Shown here one piece after another: positions 9,865 through 19,035 of a stretch of 64,000 nucleotides of DNA. The position numbers were made by a program, and so were the translations under genes. The DNA comes from Phormidium sp. Its GTDB lineage: Bacteria > Cyanobacteriota > Cyanobacteriia > Cyanobacteriales > Aerosakkonemataceae. Location: positions 1,824,001 through 1,888,000 of the forward strand of contig CP143273.1 of the NCBI GenBank assembly GCA_051013385.1, given 5' to 3'. How positions within the stretch are numbered: position 1 is the stretch's first letter; each line of letters starts with the position of its first letter. The notes beneath the pieces are model-generated. The model had not been told where the DNA came from, searched no databases, and worked only from the letters and a program-made list of their open reading frames with translations.

Positions 9865-10697
9865 TGTCTAATTGTAAAGCAAAAACTGGCTCTGGTAAAC
9901 CAAATTTAAAAGCTGGGCAAATTATTCGGTTAAACTACAAAGGACGGGACTTTGAGAGCATTATCATTGACCCCGATGGATTGGGGAAGAATCAACCTAC
10001 CATCGGTTTAGGTTTTCGGATGATGGAACGGTATATGGGGATCAATCACGCTACGCTATCAAATCGATGGGTGGTTGCAAGTGAGGGGGTAGAGTGGCTA
10101 AAACTGCCATCTGGTAAGACTTTCAGGGTGGTTACAAGTAACGGAGAAGATGGGAACCTCTACAAAGTTATTGAAGCAAGTGATTGGACGCAGATAGCTG
10201 TGGATCTGCTCGTCCATCCCGGACGCACGAGTAAAAACACTCTGGAAAAATTAGGTGATTTTCTTAATTGGTTTGCAGCAGAAGGACTCTACGCGCAAGC
10301 TTATACTGCGATTAAAAGAGTTTATTCTTATGATGATTCTCTTAGTTTACGGCGTTGGCGAGAGGAGAGAGAATTGGGGAAACCTCGCCGCAAAACTTAT
10401 GCGGAATATATTCAGGAAAAGTCTCCTAATCAACAGGGTTATTGGACAAATGTTGTCTACCTGGGATTGTTTAATCTGAAAGCTGCGGAAATGAAAGAAA
10501 TCTGGAAGTTGGTAGCAGGTAAAAAGACGATCGCTCGTAATTATATTCCCGAAGCAGTTGGGTTGAAAATTGTCGCTTACTGTGAGAAGTGGGTAGTAGA
10601 AATGGATTTGGAAAATTTGGGAGAATGTCATCAGGAAGCGATTCGATTAGCGCGGCGGAAGTTTGCGCGGGAGTTAAAGTGCGGTAACGAGAGTTAG
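9864..10697 (+). CDS. Phage antirepressor/Bro-KilA-like DNA-binding protein (putative)
   Basis: C-terminal pattern GKPRRK..TNVVYLGLF..A..IARN..L...E resembles Bro/DinD-associated C-terminal domains; RBS AAGGA. Confidence 0.55.
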   Translation: MSNCKAKTGSGKPNLKAGQIIRLNYKGRDFESIIIDPDGLGKNQPTIGLGFRMMERYMGINHATLSNRWVVASEGVEWLKLPSGKTFRVVTSNGEDGNLYKVIEASDWTQIAVDLLVHPGRTSKNTLEKLGDFLNWFAAEGLYAQAYTAIKRVYSYDDSLSLRRWREERELGKPRRKTYAEYIQEKSPNQQGYWTNVVYLGLFNLKAAEMKEIWKLVAGKKTIARNYIPEAVGLKIVAYCEKWVVEMDLENLGECHQEAIRLARRKFARELKCGNES

Positions 10698-10744
10698 TTG
10701 GAGTTGGGGGAAGGATGTGCGATCGCATTTTTCCCTTCTCTTAG

Positions 10745-11110
10745 CTAAACTCTTCCCAGATCCTTTTCTTTGTAATGTTTGATAGCTGCTTTGAGTTTAG
10801 GGTTAAGTTCTGGGGGATTTTCAATTGCTGAGGTAACAATTTCCCAGTCTTTTTCGGAAAGTGCGATCGCTTCTGGTTGCAAGGGTATTTCTTCTGCTAA
10901 TGGTTTTGCTTTTCTTTCGGCAATTTCTTGTTTAGCACGTTGCGCCGCATTAATTAGTTGCTGTTGTGTTTTCTTAAATGATTTATCCCATTTCCTCTCA
11001 TCTTCTAAATCAGCAATATATTCTCGTAAATGTTCGGCTACTTGTTCTTGTAATGTTTCCGGTAAAGATTCCATCATGGCGATGACGGTTGTAATAGCTG
11101 GAGATGACAT
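10745..11110 (-). CDS. Putative antitoxin-like protein with DUF1778-like C-terminal tail
   Basis: N-terminal MMESLPE.LQEQV..HLREYI..LEDE.KWD family; tail IALSEKDWE...AIENPPELNPKLKAA. Confidence 0.55.
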   Translation of the reverse strand: MSSPAITTVIAMMESLPETLQEQVAEHLREYIADLEDERKWDKSFKKTQQQLINAAQRAKQEIAERKAKPLAEEIPLQPEAIALSEKDWEIVTSAIENPPELNPKLKAAIKHYKEKDLGRV

Positions 11111-11247
11111 AAAAAATAATCCTCTAATAGCGGGGATTTTGATATTAGTTTATCATTTGGGAAAAGTGCGATCGACATTCTCATCTAAAAGATATTTTAG
11201 GGATATACTCAACTTATTTATTTTATATGACTTAAGGAGAAACTTTA

Positions 11248-12126
11248 GTGAATAACAATAGTTATATCTACTACACTTTAGATTCTAGTTTTGCGCCAGA
11301 AAGCATAAGAACGTTAACTGATTTAGCCGAATGTGTGAAGGTGTTCTCAGATTTGCCAAATCGTGTACTAACAGACCTACAATGGCTTCCAGGTTCACCT
11401 GAAGAGAAAAAGATCGTTGAGGGAATCAGAGAAATTTATTACTGGACAGAGCAATGGCTATCTTACTATCTGTTCGACCAAAAGCAGATTAAGTCTCATC
11501 TATTATCTACAGATGGAAAGCACTTTCAAAGTCATGCTCAAATATCTGTAGCACAGTATCAATTATGTATAGAAGCGTACCGTTATCCAGGATGGGCTAG
11601 AGACTTCTTTTGCTCTTCAGCTGGAGTATGGCTAAGTTGTGAATACGAAAGTTGCTTATTGGGATTAGAAAATGCTGGCTTGATCGGAAAACCACTCATA
11701 GTCAGCAAAGAGCAGTACAAGGTTACAATAGACCAATTTTGGAAAAATCGAGACGGAGATTACACTTCTGAAGTTGTGCCAAAAAATCCTAAAAAACAGA
11801 AGCAACTCTGGGAAAAACAAAGACAAGAACGTGAAAAGAGGAAAATAAAACTTGCTGATGGCTTTTCCGAAAAACAGTCAGATGTAGTTGTTAAGTCAGC
11901 TTCTCCATTCTATATGTTGATGCTCACAGCTTTCTATTTAGCAGAAAAAGATCCTAAATTCCGAGAAGTTTACCAAGACTGGATAAGAGCAAATAAACGC
12001 CATGCAAGCAACATTAAGAGAAACAAAAACTTGCATAGTATTTTCCTAACGTCTTTCGGTGAGCCTATTGATACTCAGTCAAATGCCAACTTACCTGGTT
12101 CTCGTTTGAAGAAGCGAAGGAAATAG
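11248..12126 (+). CDS. Hypothetical protein
   Basis: 292-aa ORF, RBS AAGGAG, GTG start, basic C-terminus. Confidence 0.7.
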   Translation: MNNNSYIYYTLDSSFAPESIRTLTDLAECVKVFSDLPNRVLTDLQWLPGSPEEKKIVEGIREIYYWTEQWLSYYLFDQKQIKSHLLSTDGKHFQSHAQISVAQYQLCIEAYRYPGWARDFFCSSAGVWLSCEYESCLLGLENAGLIGKPLIVSKEQYKVTIDQFWKNRDGDYTSEVVPKNPKKQKQLWEKQRQEREKRKIKLADGFSEKQSDVVVKSASPFYMLMLTAFYLAEKDPKFREVYQDWIRANKRHASNIKRNKNLHSIFLTSFGEPIDTQSNANLPGSRLKKRRK

Positions 12127-12253
12127 GCTTTCGGTCAGCGCAAAATATAAAGTTATGTAAATAGCTATTTCAAATGCCCAAGGGCTATTTGATTGGGATT
12201 AATCTCCAATAAGTAGCGTTTCTAGCGCAGAGTAAATTTTTCAGGAGATCATT

Positions 12254-12802
12254 ATGAATTCCAATCAGCACAACGGGGCTGGTCTATCTCAGCCTGCATC
12301 TTCGTATGCCAACAAACGAGAATATGACTTTACTACTCAAAAGAAAGTAGGGAAGGAAGGGGAAGCAAAAATTGATTTATGGCTCAAATTTCATGGCTAT
12401 GATATTCAGGATGTATCGGAAATACCAGAGTATCAAAAGGCTGGAATTGACCGACTATTAATTCGACCTGACGGTGAAATTGCAAAAGCTGAATTTAAGA
12501 CTGATAGAATAGCTAAAAACAGTGAACAATTGTTTTTTGAGACTGTATCAGTTGTTCATCGTAATATTCTTGGGTGGGGATGGACTTCTCAAGCTGATCT
12601 CTGGATCTTTTTAATTCCAGGGCAAGAACTTTTATTCATTGAACCAGGGAAACTCCGCTCTTTAGTTGCCGAAAAACTAGCAATATTAGAAAAGAAATCA
12701 GTACAAAATAAAGGATACTCTAGTGAGGGCTTCCTTGTACCTCTGGAAGAGGTGCGTAAAATTGCTCTTCATGTATCTAAATTTCGTGATGTTCCTTTCT
12801 AA
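12254..12802 (+). CDS. Putative PD-(D/E)xK nuclease
   Basis: GKEGE...GID...EFKTD...FFE pattern; RBS AGGAG. Confidence 0.65.
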   Translation: MNSNQHNGAGLSQPASSYANKREYDFTTQKKVGKEGEAKIDLWLKFHGYDIQDVSEIPEYQKAGIDRLLIRPDGEIAKAEFKTDRIAKNSEQLFFETVSVVHRNILGWGWTSQADLWIFLIPGQELLFIEPGKLRSLVAEKLAILEKKSVQNKGYSSEGFLVPLEEVRKIALHVSKFRDVPF

Positions 12803-12943
12803 TATCAGACAAGAGGTAAAAAGTGCTGGTAAACAAATTCTAGTCAATTCTTTACTAGCCAAATAATGAGATGTTTAACAAGTAAGGTGGAGATTACATC
12901 CATCTTACTATTTTAATCTATGTTCCCACATCGCATCACCTAA

Positions 12944-13384
12944 TCATTCTGGACAAACACTATGATCTCGATCGAACCACACAATATAGTAAATCGAACC
13001 TACACGAAAACCAAAAATCCGCTTTCTTTCATCAACCCGCATTTCTGAAAGTTTCACATCATCGCTGATACTTTCAGGTAACTTTGGATGATTAGTAATT
13101 AACTTATATCCGCAACCAACAGAACCACCACGTTGTTTAGAACCTTGACTTTTTATTTGTGCCCATGTATATCTCTCAATTTTTTTAAGTGCGCGGATCA
13201 AATCATCAATTTCTGAAGAGTTCCATTCCGATAAACACCAGCGGTTTTGATCGGTATGCTCAAACCTAAAACTGGGGTGTTGTTCGTCTGCGTTCTCTGA
13301 ACCTGTTGGATGAGTTAAAGCTGATTGAGGGATTCGCCGTGACGAACTTCCACCTGTAGGTTTTTTAATCTTAGACTTTCCCAC
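12944..13384 (-). CDS. Putative RelE-fold (MAG6450-like) toxin
   Basis: EMRV..RIFGFR...YYIVWFDRDH; 1-nt overlap with upstream antitoxin. Confidence 0.65.
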   Translation of the reverse strand: MGKSKIKKPTGGSSSRRIPQSALTHPTGSENADEQHPSFRFEHTDQNRWCLSEWNSSEIDDLIRALKKIERYTWAQIKSQGSKQRGGSVGCGYKLITNHPKLPESISDDVKLSEMRVDERKRIFGFRVGSIYYIVWFDRDHSVCPE

Positions 13385-13839
13385 TACTCCTCCAAGAAAG
13401 AGGCGTAATAAGTTTTCATATCTTCATGGGAAATCTCATTTGATGATTTTTCGGCAGGATTTAAACCATTACGAGCATTAATCCAAGGATCTTCTGAATG
13501 AGTCAAATCTTCAAGTCGTTTAGCACTTAATTCCCCATAAGCATTCCAAACTTCTTCTAAAACTTCTATTTCATCTTCTTCAAATTCTGGCAATTCTTCT
13601 TTCGGTTCGGGAATAGATCCATGTTGATAGTCTTTATAATTATCCCAAACTTCGTATATTGCAGGCCCATGAATCCAAGCTTGAATTTTCTCAGAAAAAA
13701 GTGGTTTATCTCTCAATACCAAACTCCAAGCTTGTGCATAATAAACCAATTTTTGCAGTTTCAGCGGGGAGATTGTATCACCGACATCTCGATCGACACG
13801 GTACAAGAAATAACGCGCAATATCTAAAGCACTTTTCAT
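13384..13839 (-). CDS. Panacea-domain (DUF4065/SocA/GepA) antitoxin
   Basis: LKLQKLVYYAQ, AWIHGP, LEDLTHSEDPW. Confidence 0.9.
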   Translation of the reverse strand: MKSALDIARYFLYRVDRDVGDTISPLKLQKLVYYAQAWSLVLRDKPLFSEKIQAWIHGPAIYEVWDNYKDYQHGSIPEPKEELPEFEEDEIEVLEEVWNAYGELSAKRLEDLTHSEDPWINARNGLNPAEKSSNEISHEDMKTYYASFLEE

Positions 13840-13946
13840 CGTTTAAACCTTCAAATGCAAAGTTAACAAGTTTAAAATTACTGCTTCATACTCCTATTAT
13901 TCTAACAAACATTTGATTTTGAATTTAGGCGATCGCACAACAAATC

Positions 13947-14441
13947 CTACTCATTTTCCCACTCACTAACTTCCCCAGGATAGAAAGCATCTTCTAAAAT
14001 CTGAGATAAATTGTAGGGACATTCTACTGGAAAAGTCCGACGAGATAATTCTGTTTCCTTAACAGCTAATTCCACACCTTTAATATAAGCTTTCTGTAGT
14101 GCCTCTTCCAAGTAAGGTTTTAAACTGGGATTATCTTCTAATAATTCGGAAACATCCAAACGTTGAATGCGAATTGTTGCTAACCTACTCCGACTTCTGC
14201 GATCGGATTGATATTCCCATTTTAGCAAATGTCCAATTAGCAAGCTTAAACGATTTCGCAGTTCTTGACGTTGCTGTTTTCCCAAAGATTCTATTTCCTC
14301 AATTAAATTTTCTAAGTCAAGTTGACTCCATTGTTTATTGCGGAGTAAACACGCTTGTTCCTGCGTCCATGAGTAGAAATCTGTTTCGTAAAGATTTGGT
14401 GAGGGCATTAATATTTCTGAGTTAGTTTCCGGTGCATACAT
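13947..14441 (-). CDS. DUF29 family protein
   Basis: LYETDFYSW, LIEEIESLG, HLLKWEYQ, NPSLK, FPVECPY. Confidence 0.9.
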   Translation of the reverse strand: MYAPETNSEILMPSPNLYETDFYSWTQEQACLLRNKQWSQLDLENLIEEIESLGKQQRQELRNRLSLLIGHLLKWEYQSDRRSRSRLATIRIQRLDVSELLEDNPSLKPYLEEALQKAYIKGVELAVKETELSRRTFPVECPYNLSQILEDAFYPGEVSEWENE

Positions 14442-14455
14442 CGATATTTTTCACC

Positions 14456-14686
14456 TTAATCTAATAAATCTGCTTTAAGATATGCCAATGTTCCACGTTT
14501 AGCTGTTCCTGATTTTAGCGCTGTTAAAGTTTGATTGGCATTTTCAGCAATCTCCGCCCTTCGCTTTTCTATGCGCCGCTTTTGGATGAGTTCAATTAAT
14601 AAATCTTGATCTTCTGGGGAGAGTGCTTCTACGTAATCAATCAGCGTTTGAAAGGTGATAGAGTTACTCATTATTTTAGTGTTCAA
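14456..14686 (-). CDS. Small antitoxin-like hypothetical protein
   Basis: 76 aa, VEALSPEDQDLLIELIQKRRIEKRRAEI; family often seen upstream of RelE-like toxins. Confidence 0.55.
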   Translation of the reverse strand: MNTKIMSNSITFQTLIDYVEALSPEDQDLLIELIQKRRIEKRRAEIAENANQTLTALKSGTAKRGTLAYLKADLLD

Positions 14687-14825
14687 AGCTGGAATAAATT
14701 ACTGATGCTAACAATCTAATGTTTTCCTTTTTTAGCAAACACGGATTTATTTTTCCCTGCTTCTGTATTTTAGCAAACACGGATTTAGTTGCAAAACAAA
14801 TAGACGATCGCACATCCTCAATACA

Positions 14826-15101
14826 TTATTCAGACCTTGTATTTCTTTCTATCCGACTTAGTAGGTCGATAATTGCTCTCAATGCTTCTGTAATTACGTA
14901 AATAACTACACAGCTAATTAAAACATTAAATAAAGAAAAGAAAAAGAATGGGCTGGTGAATCCTTGGTTAAAAAATAGTACAGAAGCATTAATTGCGACT
15001 ACAATAAAATAACCGACAAACTGAAGTATTTTTAGATGAGTAAGGAATCTGGTGTACAGTCGATTTTGATTTGAACTGTTATTGGATATGTTACTGCTCA
15101 T
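14826..15101 (-). CDS. Small two-TM membrane protein
   Basis: Two hydrophobic segments, C-terminal IIDLLSRIERNTR. Confidence 0.65.
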   Translation of the reverse strand: MSSNISNNSSNQNRLYTRFLTHLKILQFVGYFIVVAINASVLFFNQGFTSPFFFFSLFNVLISCVVIYVITEALRAIIDLLSRIERNTRSE

Positions 15102-15189
15102 AAGTAAGTCCTTTTTTACAATTTAAACTAAGCGAAAATTTCCGTAGGGTGAACATTGCCCACCCTACTACTATACTACTAACAACTAA

Positions 15190-16716
15190 CTAAGCGCCGA
15201 CTGCTTCTTTTGCTGCATACATTACTTCAACAGTAATCTGCGAAATGTTTCTTTCACGGGCAAACTTTTCGGTATTTCGCTTCACTTTCCCTCGGACAAA
15301 ACCAGGAACTTTATTCAATTCCCCCTGTGCTTCTTTCGTCCAACCTAAATCGGAATCAGCAGAAATTCCTTTGGTAATTACTTCTTTGGTATCATGTCCG
15401 CCGAAGATTTCTAATAGGTGATCTTCCATTCCCAAGGTGAAGGAATTGTAGATTAAATCAACTATTTGATTTGTGCCTTCGTATCCAACGAAAGGTTTGT
15501 AGCCAATGGGGAAATTTTGAATGTGAATTGGTGATGCTATTACGCCGCAAGGAATGTCTAAACGTTTACCGACGTGGCGTTCCATTTGGGTGCCGAAAAT
15601 GGCGGAGGGTTCTACTCTGGCGATCGCATCTCCGATCGCACCATTGTCATCACTAATTATCACTTCATCGCAATATTCGCTAACTTGTTCCCGGAACCAA
15701 TCAGCATCATATTTACAATAAGTTCCCGCCCAAACTACATGAATTCCCATCTCACGAGCGAGAATTTTCGTAATAGCAGCAGCGTGGGTATTATCACCAA
15801 ATACAACCGCTTTTTTCCCAGTTAAATTCTGACAGTCAATGGAACGAGAAAACCAAGCAGCTTGGGAAACATACAAGGTTTGTTGGTTGATGAATTCTTC
15901 GTAATCAACTTCCCCACCTTGGGCATTAATTACTTGTTGAATTTTGCGGATACAACGCGCCGTTTCTACCACTCCCATTGGGGTGATATCTATATAAGGT
16001 GTGCCAAATTCTTGTTCTAAATACTTAGCTGCCATTAACCCAACTTCCCGATAAGGAACTAAGTTAAACCACGCTTTCGGCAGATTTTTTAAGTTCAGAA
16101 CGGAAGCACCTTCGGGAATTACTTGGTTAACTTCAATTCCCAAATCAGCCATTAACTTTTTCAGTTCCATGCAATCATGTTGATTGTGGAAACCTAGCGT
16201 TGTCATCCCAATAATATTAACCGATGGTTTTTCGGTTTTACCTTCGGGAAGGTTGCCTTGTTTCCGCGCTTTCTCTATATAATATTGGACGATTTGATGC
16301 AAAGTCCGATCGGCTGCTTGCAGTTCATTCACGCGATAATGATTTACATCTGCTAACATCACATCGCCTTTCGCTTCAATCTGGGCGCGATCGACAAAAT
16401 TCTGCAAATCTTCTTGTAAAATACTAGAAGTGCAAGTCGGAGTTAGCACGATCAAATCTGGGCGTTCTTCCTGATCTTTGCGGGTAATATTATCAACAAC
16501 CCTTTCTTGGGAACCTCTGGCTAAAACGTGACGGTCTACAATACTAGCAGTCACAGGAGTAAAATCTCTTTCCCGTTCTAACATCGATCGCATTACATTA
16601 AAATAATCATCCCCCAAAGGCGCGTGCATAATCGCATGAACATTTTTGAACGAACTAGCAATCCGTAGCGTGCCAATATGTGCGGGACCTGCATACATCC
16701 AGTAAGCTAATTTCAT
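15190..16716 (-). CDS. chlB: Light-independent protochlorophyllide reductase subunit B
   Basis: [28 protein letters not shown]-terminal [16 protein letters not shown]. Confidence 0.99.
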   Translation of the reverse strand: MKLAYWMYAGPAHIGTLRIASSFKNVHAIMHAPLGDDYFNVMRSMLERERDFTPVTASIVDRHVLARGSQERVVDNITRKDQEERPDLIVLTPTCTSSILQEDLQNFVDRAQIEAKGDVMLADVNHYRVNELQAADRTLHQIVQYYIEKARKQGNLPEGKTEKPSVNIIGMTTLGFHNQHDCMELKKLMADLGIEVNQVIPEGASVLNLKNLPKAWFNLVPYREVGLMAAKYLEQEFGTPYIDITPMGVVETARCIRKIQQVINAQGGEVDYEEFINQQTLYVSQAAWFSRSIDCQNLTGKKAVVFGDNTHAAAITKILAREMGIHVVWAGTYCKYDADWFREQVSEYCDEVIISDDNGAIGDAIARVEPSAIFGTQMERHVGKRLDIPCGVIASPIHIQNFPIGYKPFVGYEGTNQIVDLIYNSFTLGMEDHLLEIFGGHDTKEVITKGISADSDLGWTKEAQGELNKVPGFVRGKVKRNTEKFARERNISQITVEVMYAAKEAVGA

Positions 16717-17034
16717 AGTGTTCTCCCTTATCCTGACAACCGAAAGATAATTGCTTGATTATCAAATCGTTTCTGATTCTCTCAGAGATACTGTCTTTTA
16801 TGGAGTAGGTAATATTGCGGGTTTTGCTGGGTTTGCGATCGCTCAAATCCTTTTCCTGACTGGAATTTAGCGAAAATTAAAACAACAAAATTGTTGTTTT
16901 AGAGCAATAAATCTTTATGTTTCAGTAAAATTTTGCAAAGCTTTTTTCGCACAAATTACCCGAAAAGTCAACCAAATTTAGCCATTCGTAATTACCAAAG
17001 AAACCCGGTTTCTGAACGTAATTAGATCTTTTTT

Positions 17035-17097
17035 GTAGGGGCGGGTTTAGGAGATAACCCTTCCCTCTAACAGATAACCTTTAAACAAAACCCGCCC
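17035..17097. repeat. GTAG-type REP-like palindromic element; related elements at 15144-15168, 23742-23807, 38667-38694, 46889-46956, 54401-54458, 56475-56502
   Basis: GTAGGGGCGGGTTT...AAACCCGCCC; the other copies are GTAG...CTAC/TTAC-bounded inverted repeats. Confidence 0.75.
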
Positions 17098-17232
17098 TTG
17101 CTGGCTGAGAACGAGAAACCAGGTTTATTGAGTGACGGTGCGGAAGTCCTATAGTAAAAAACAAATCACAAAAACCTGAACCTTTTGGAAACCAGTCACG
17201 TCTAAAAGCGCGGTTTTTAAATTCGGGTAACT

Positions 17233-17721
17233 ATGAACACAAAATTAATTGCACTTTTGGGAACAACCGCCACATTATTTATGTCTACAGCTTGGGTAAA
17301 TATAGCCGAAGCACAACCCGCATCGACCACTTCCAATCCACAGCTAATTTTGGCTCAAGGAAAAAGGAATCGACTCAATTTAACTGACGCGCAAAAAACT
17401 CAAATGCGCCAAATTCGGGAAACAACCCGTGCTCAAATTGAAAACGTTCTCACCCAAGAACAGAAAGACAAATTGCGTGCAGCTAGAGAACAAAGAAGAC
17501 AAGAAAGAGAACAACAACAAGCTCAACAAGGCGGTCAACGTCGCGGTCAACGTGGTCAAGTTTGGGCTTCTTTGAATCTCACTGCGGATCAACAAGCACA
17601 AATTAAACGTATTCGCGATGAATCTCGCCAAAGAATGCAAGCTGTTTTAACTCCTGAACAACAGCAACAAATGCAACAAATGCGCCAAGAACGTCAAAAT
17701 CGCCGTCAACAAGCTCAGTAA
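17233..17721 (+). CDS. Spy/CpxP (LTXXQ motif) periplasmic protein
   Basis: Signal peptide; LNLTDAQ, VLTQEQ, LNLTADQ, VLTPEQ. Confidence 0.9.
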   Translation: MNTKLIALLGTTATLFMSTAWVNIAEAQPASTTSNPQLILAQGKRNRLNLTDAQKTQMRQIRETTRAQIENVLTQEQKDKLRAAREQRRQEREQQQAQQGGQRRGQRGQVWASLNLTADQQAQIKRIRDESRQRMQAVLTPEQQQQMQQMRQERQNRRQQAQ

Positions 17722-17925
17722 GGTATCGCTGGGGGTTCCAGGGAAAACTCAAAACTCTGTAAGGGCTGGGGCGGGTTTTGTTGTTAATTCCTCAACCCTC
17801 AGCAAATTCGGTTTCTTAGAAGAGGGTTAGAATAACAAATAATTTCGCTTATTAATAAAAGGGATTGTTTATAAATGTCATCATTTTTATCAAGAGCGAT
17901 AGATTATGGAAATTATTACACATCA

Positions 17926-19026
17926 TCATCTCGCAACACATCTTTGATTACCGTTCTCAGACAAAGTTGGCTCAATGATTATTGCCTCAAGATTGTCGGC
18001 TTTAGTAATAATTTTATCTTTAAGTACGGTATTTGCTCCGTCTATGGGTTGATAGCTCATATTTATTTTTAATTGATTGTTTTGGTCAACCTCTAGAGTT
18101 GGTTTAGGCTCTTCTTTTGTTGTAAACTTTATAGCTGGTGTAGGGTTTTTATTTGTATTATCCTTATTTTTATCTTTGATTCTTTGCATTAGGTTTTTAT
18201 TTTTCTCTGGTAAGTCTTTTAGATATTGATAAGCTTCATCCAGCGATAGGGAACCATTTAAAAATATCCAGGCGTTGGGATTATTTTGTTTCACTTCATT
18301 AAAAAATTTATTCCCGTCTTCCTTCCCATTGGTAAGTTCAATTTTGATCCTTCGAGTAACGTACACACAATTTTCAATACTTTTCAATTGCTGTGCTGAC
18401 AAAATTCCCGAAATAACTTGATTCAAAATTACGATTAATAATAATAATACGCCAATTGCAATCAATACAAATTTAGCATCAATGTTAGGTCGCGCTGGTA
18501 ATGGAGGATGCTGTCTCAGATCAAGTGTCTTTAGAACTCTAAAGTTTTTAGAATCAGATGAAACTGCTTTCAACTCAATTTGATTGGAAACACTTAGTTC
18601 ATCTTCATTCCAAAAATTACGATACTTTTCTTGCAAACTTATGTGAGCTTGCTCAAGAGATGTTTCGTCAATTTTATAGCTTTTGCCATTTTTATTATAG
18701 ATTTGATTAATACTTCCCTGAAAAACAAGCCCTTCTAGCCAATAAATTTCTCTACCAAATGGATCTTTTAATACTTCATCTCGATTTTTTCCTATGTCAT
18801 TGCTTCTAGCTTTAACTGAACGAAAAACAACAGTAAATTTACCAACTTCAGAAGTCTGTATTTCGCGAATGCTTATGTCTTCACTTTCACTTAAATATTC
18901 TTCAGATACTTTACCAAGCAAACTGCGAATTTTGGCTTGAGCGATGAAATCAGGTGCGACTACGGTTTTGTAATCAATTGACTGATTTCGGCTAATGAGA
19001 AAAGGCCAAGCTTGTATTGTCATCAT
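17926..19026 (-). CDS. GTPase-associated membrane-anchored protein (GAP1-N-like N-terminus, putative)
   Basis: AWPFLISRN..DY..VVAPDF and DPFGREIYWLEG motifs; single TM near aa 186-210; third gene of the operon. Confidence 0.65.
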   Translation of the reverse strand: MMTIQAWPFLISRNQSIDYKTVVAPDFIAQAKIRSLLGKVSEEYLSESEDISIREIQTSEVGKFTVVFRSVKARSNDIGKNRDEVLKDPFGREIYWLEGLVFQGSINQIYNKNGKSYKIDETSLEQAHISLQEKYRNFWNEDELSVSNQIELKAVSSDSKNFRVLKTLDLRQHPPLPARPNIDAKFVLIAIGVLLLLIVILNQVISGILSAQQLKSIENCVYVTRRIKIELTNGKEDGNKFFNEVKQNNPNAWIFLNGSLSLDEAYQYLKDLPEKNKNLMQRIKDKNKDNTNKNPTPAIKFTTKEEPKPTLEVDQNNQLKINMSYQPIDGANTVLKDKIITKADNLEAIIIEPTLSENGNQRCVAR

Positions 19027-19035
19027 AGCTGTTAC

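Noticed and set aside
10779..11255. 158-aa plus-strand ORF and similar shadow ORFs (e.g. 2766..3020, 39765..40094, 47855..48067)
   Set aside because: Antisense shadows of better-supported genes
14730..14787. Mini-CRISPR
   Set aside because: Only two 20-bp units with an 18-bp spacer and no palindrome
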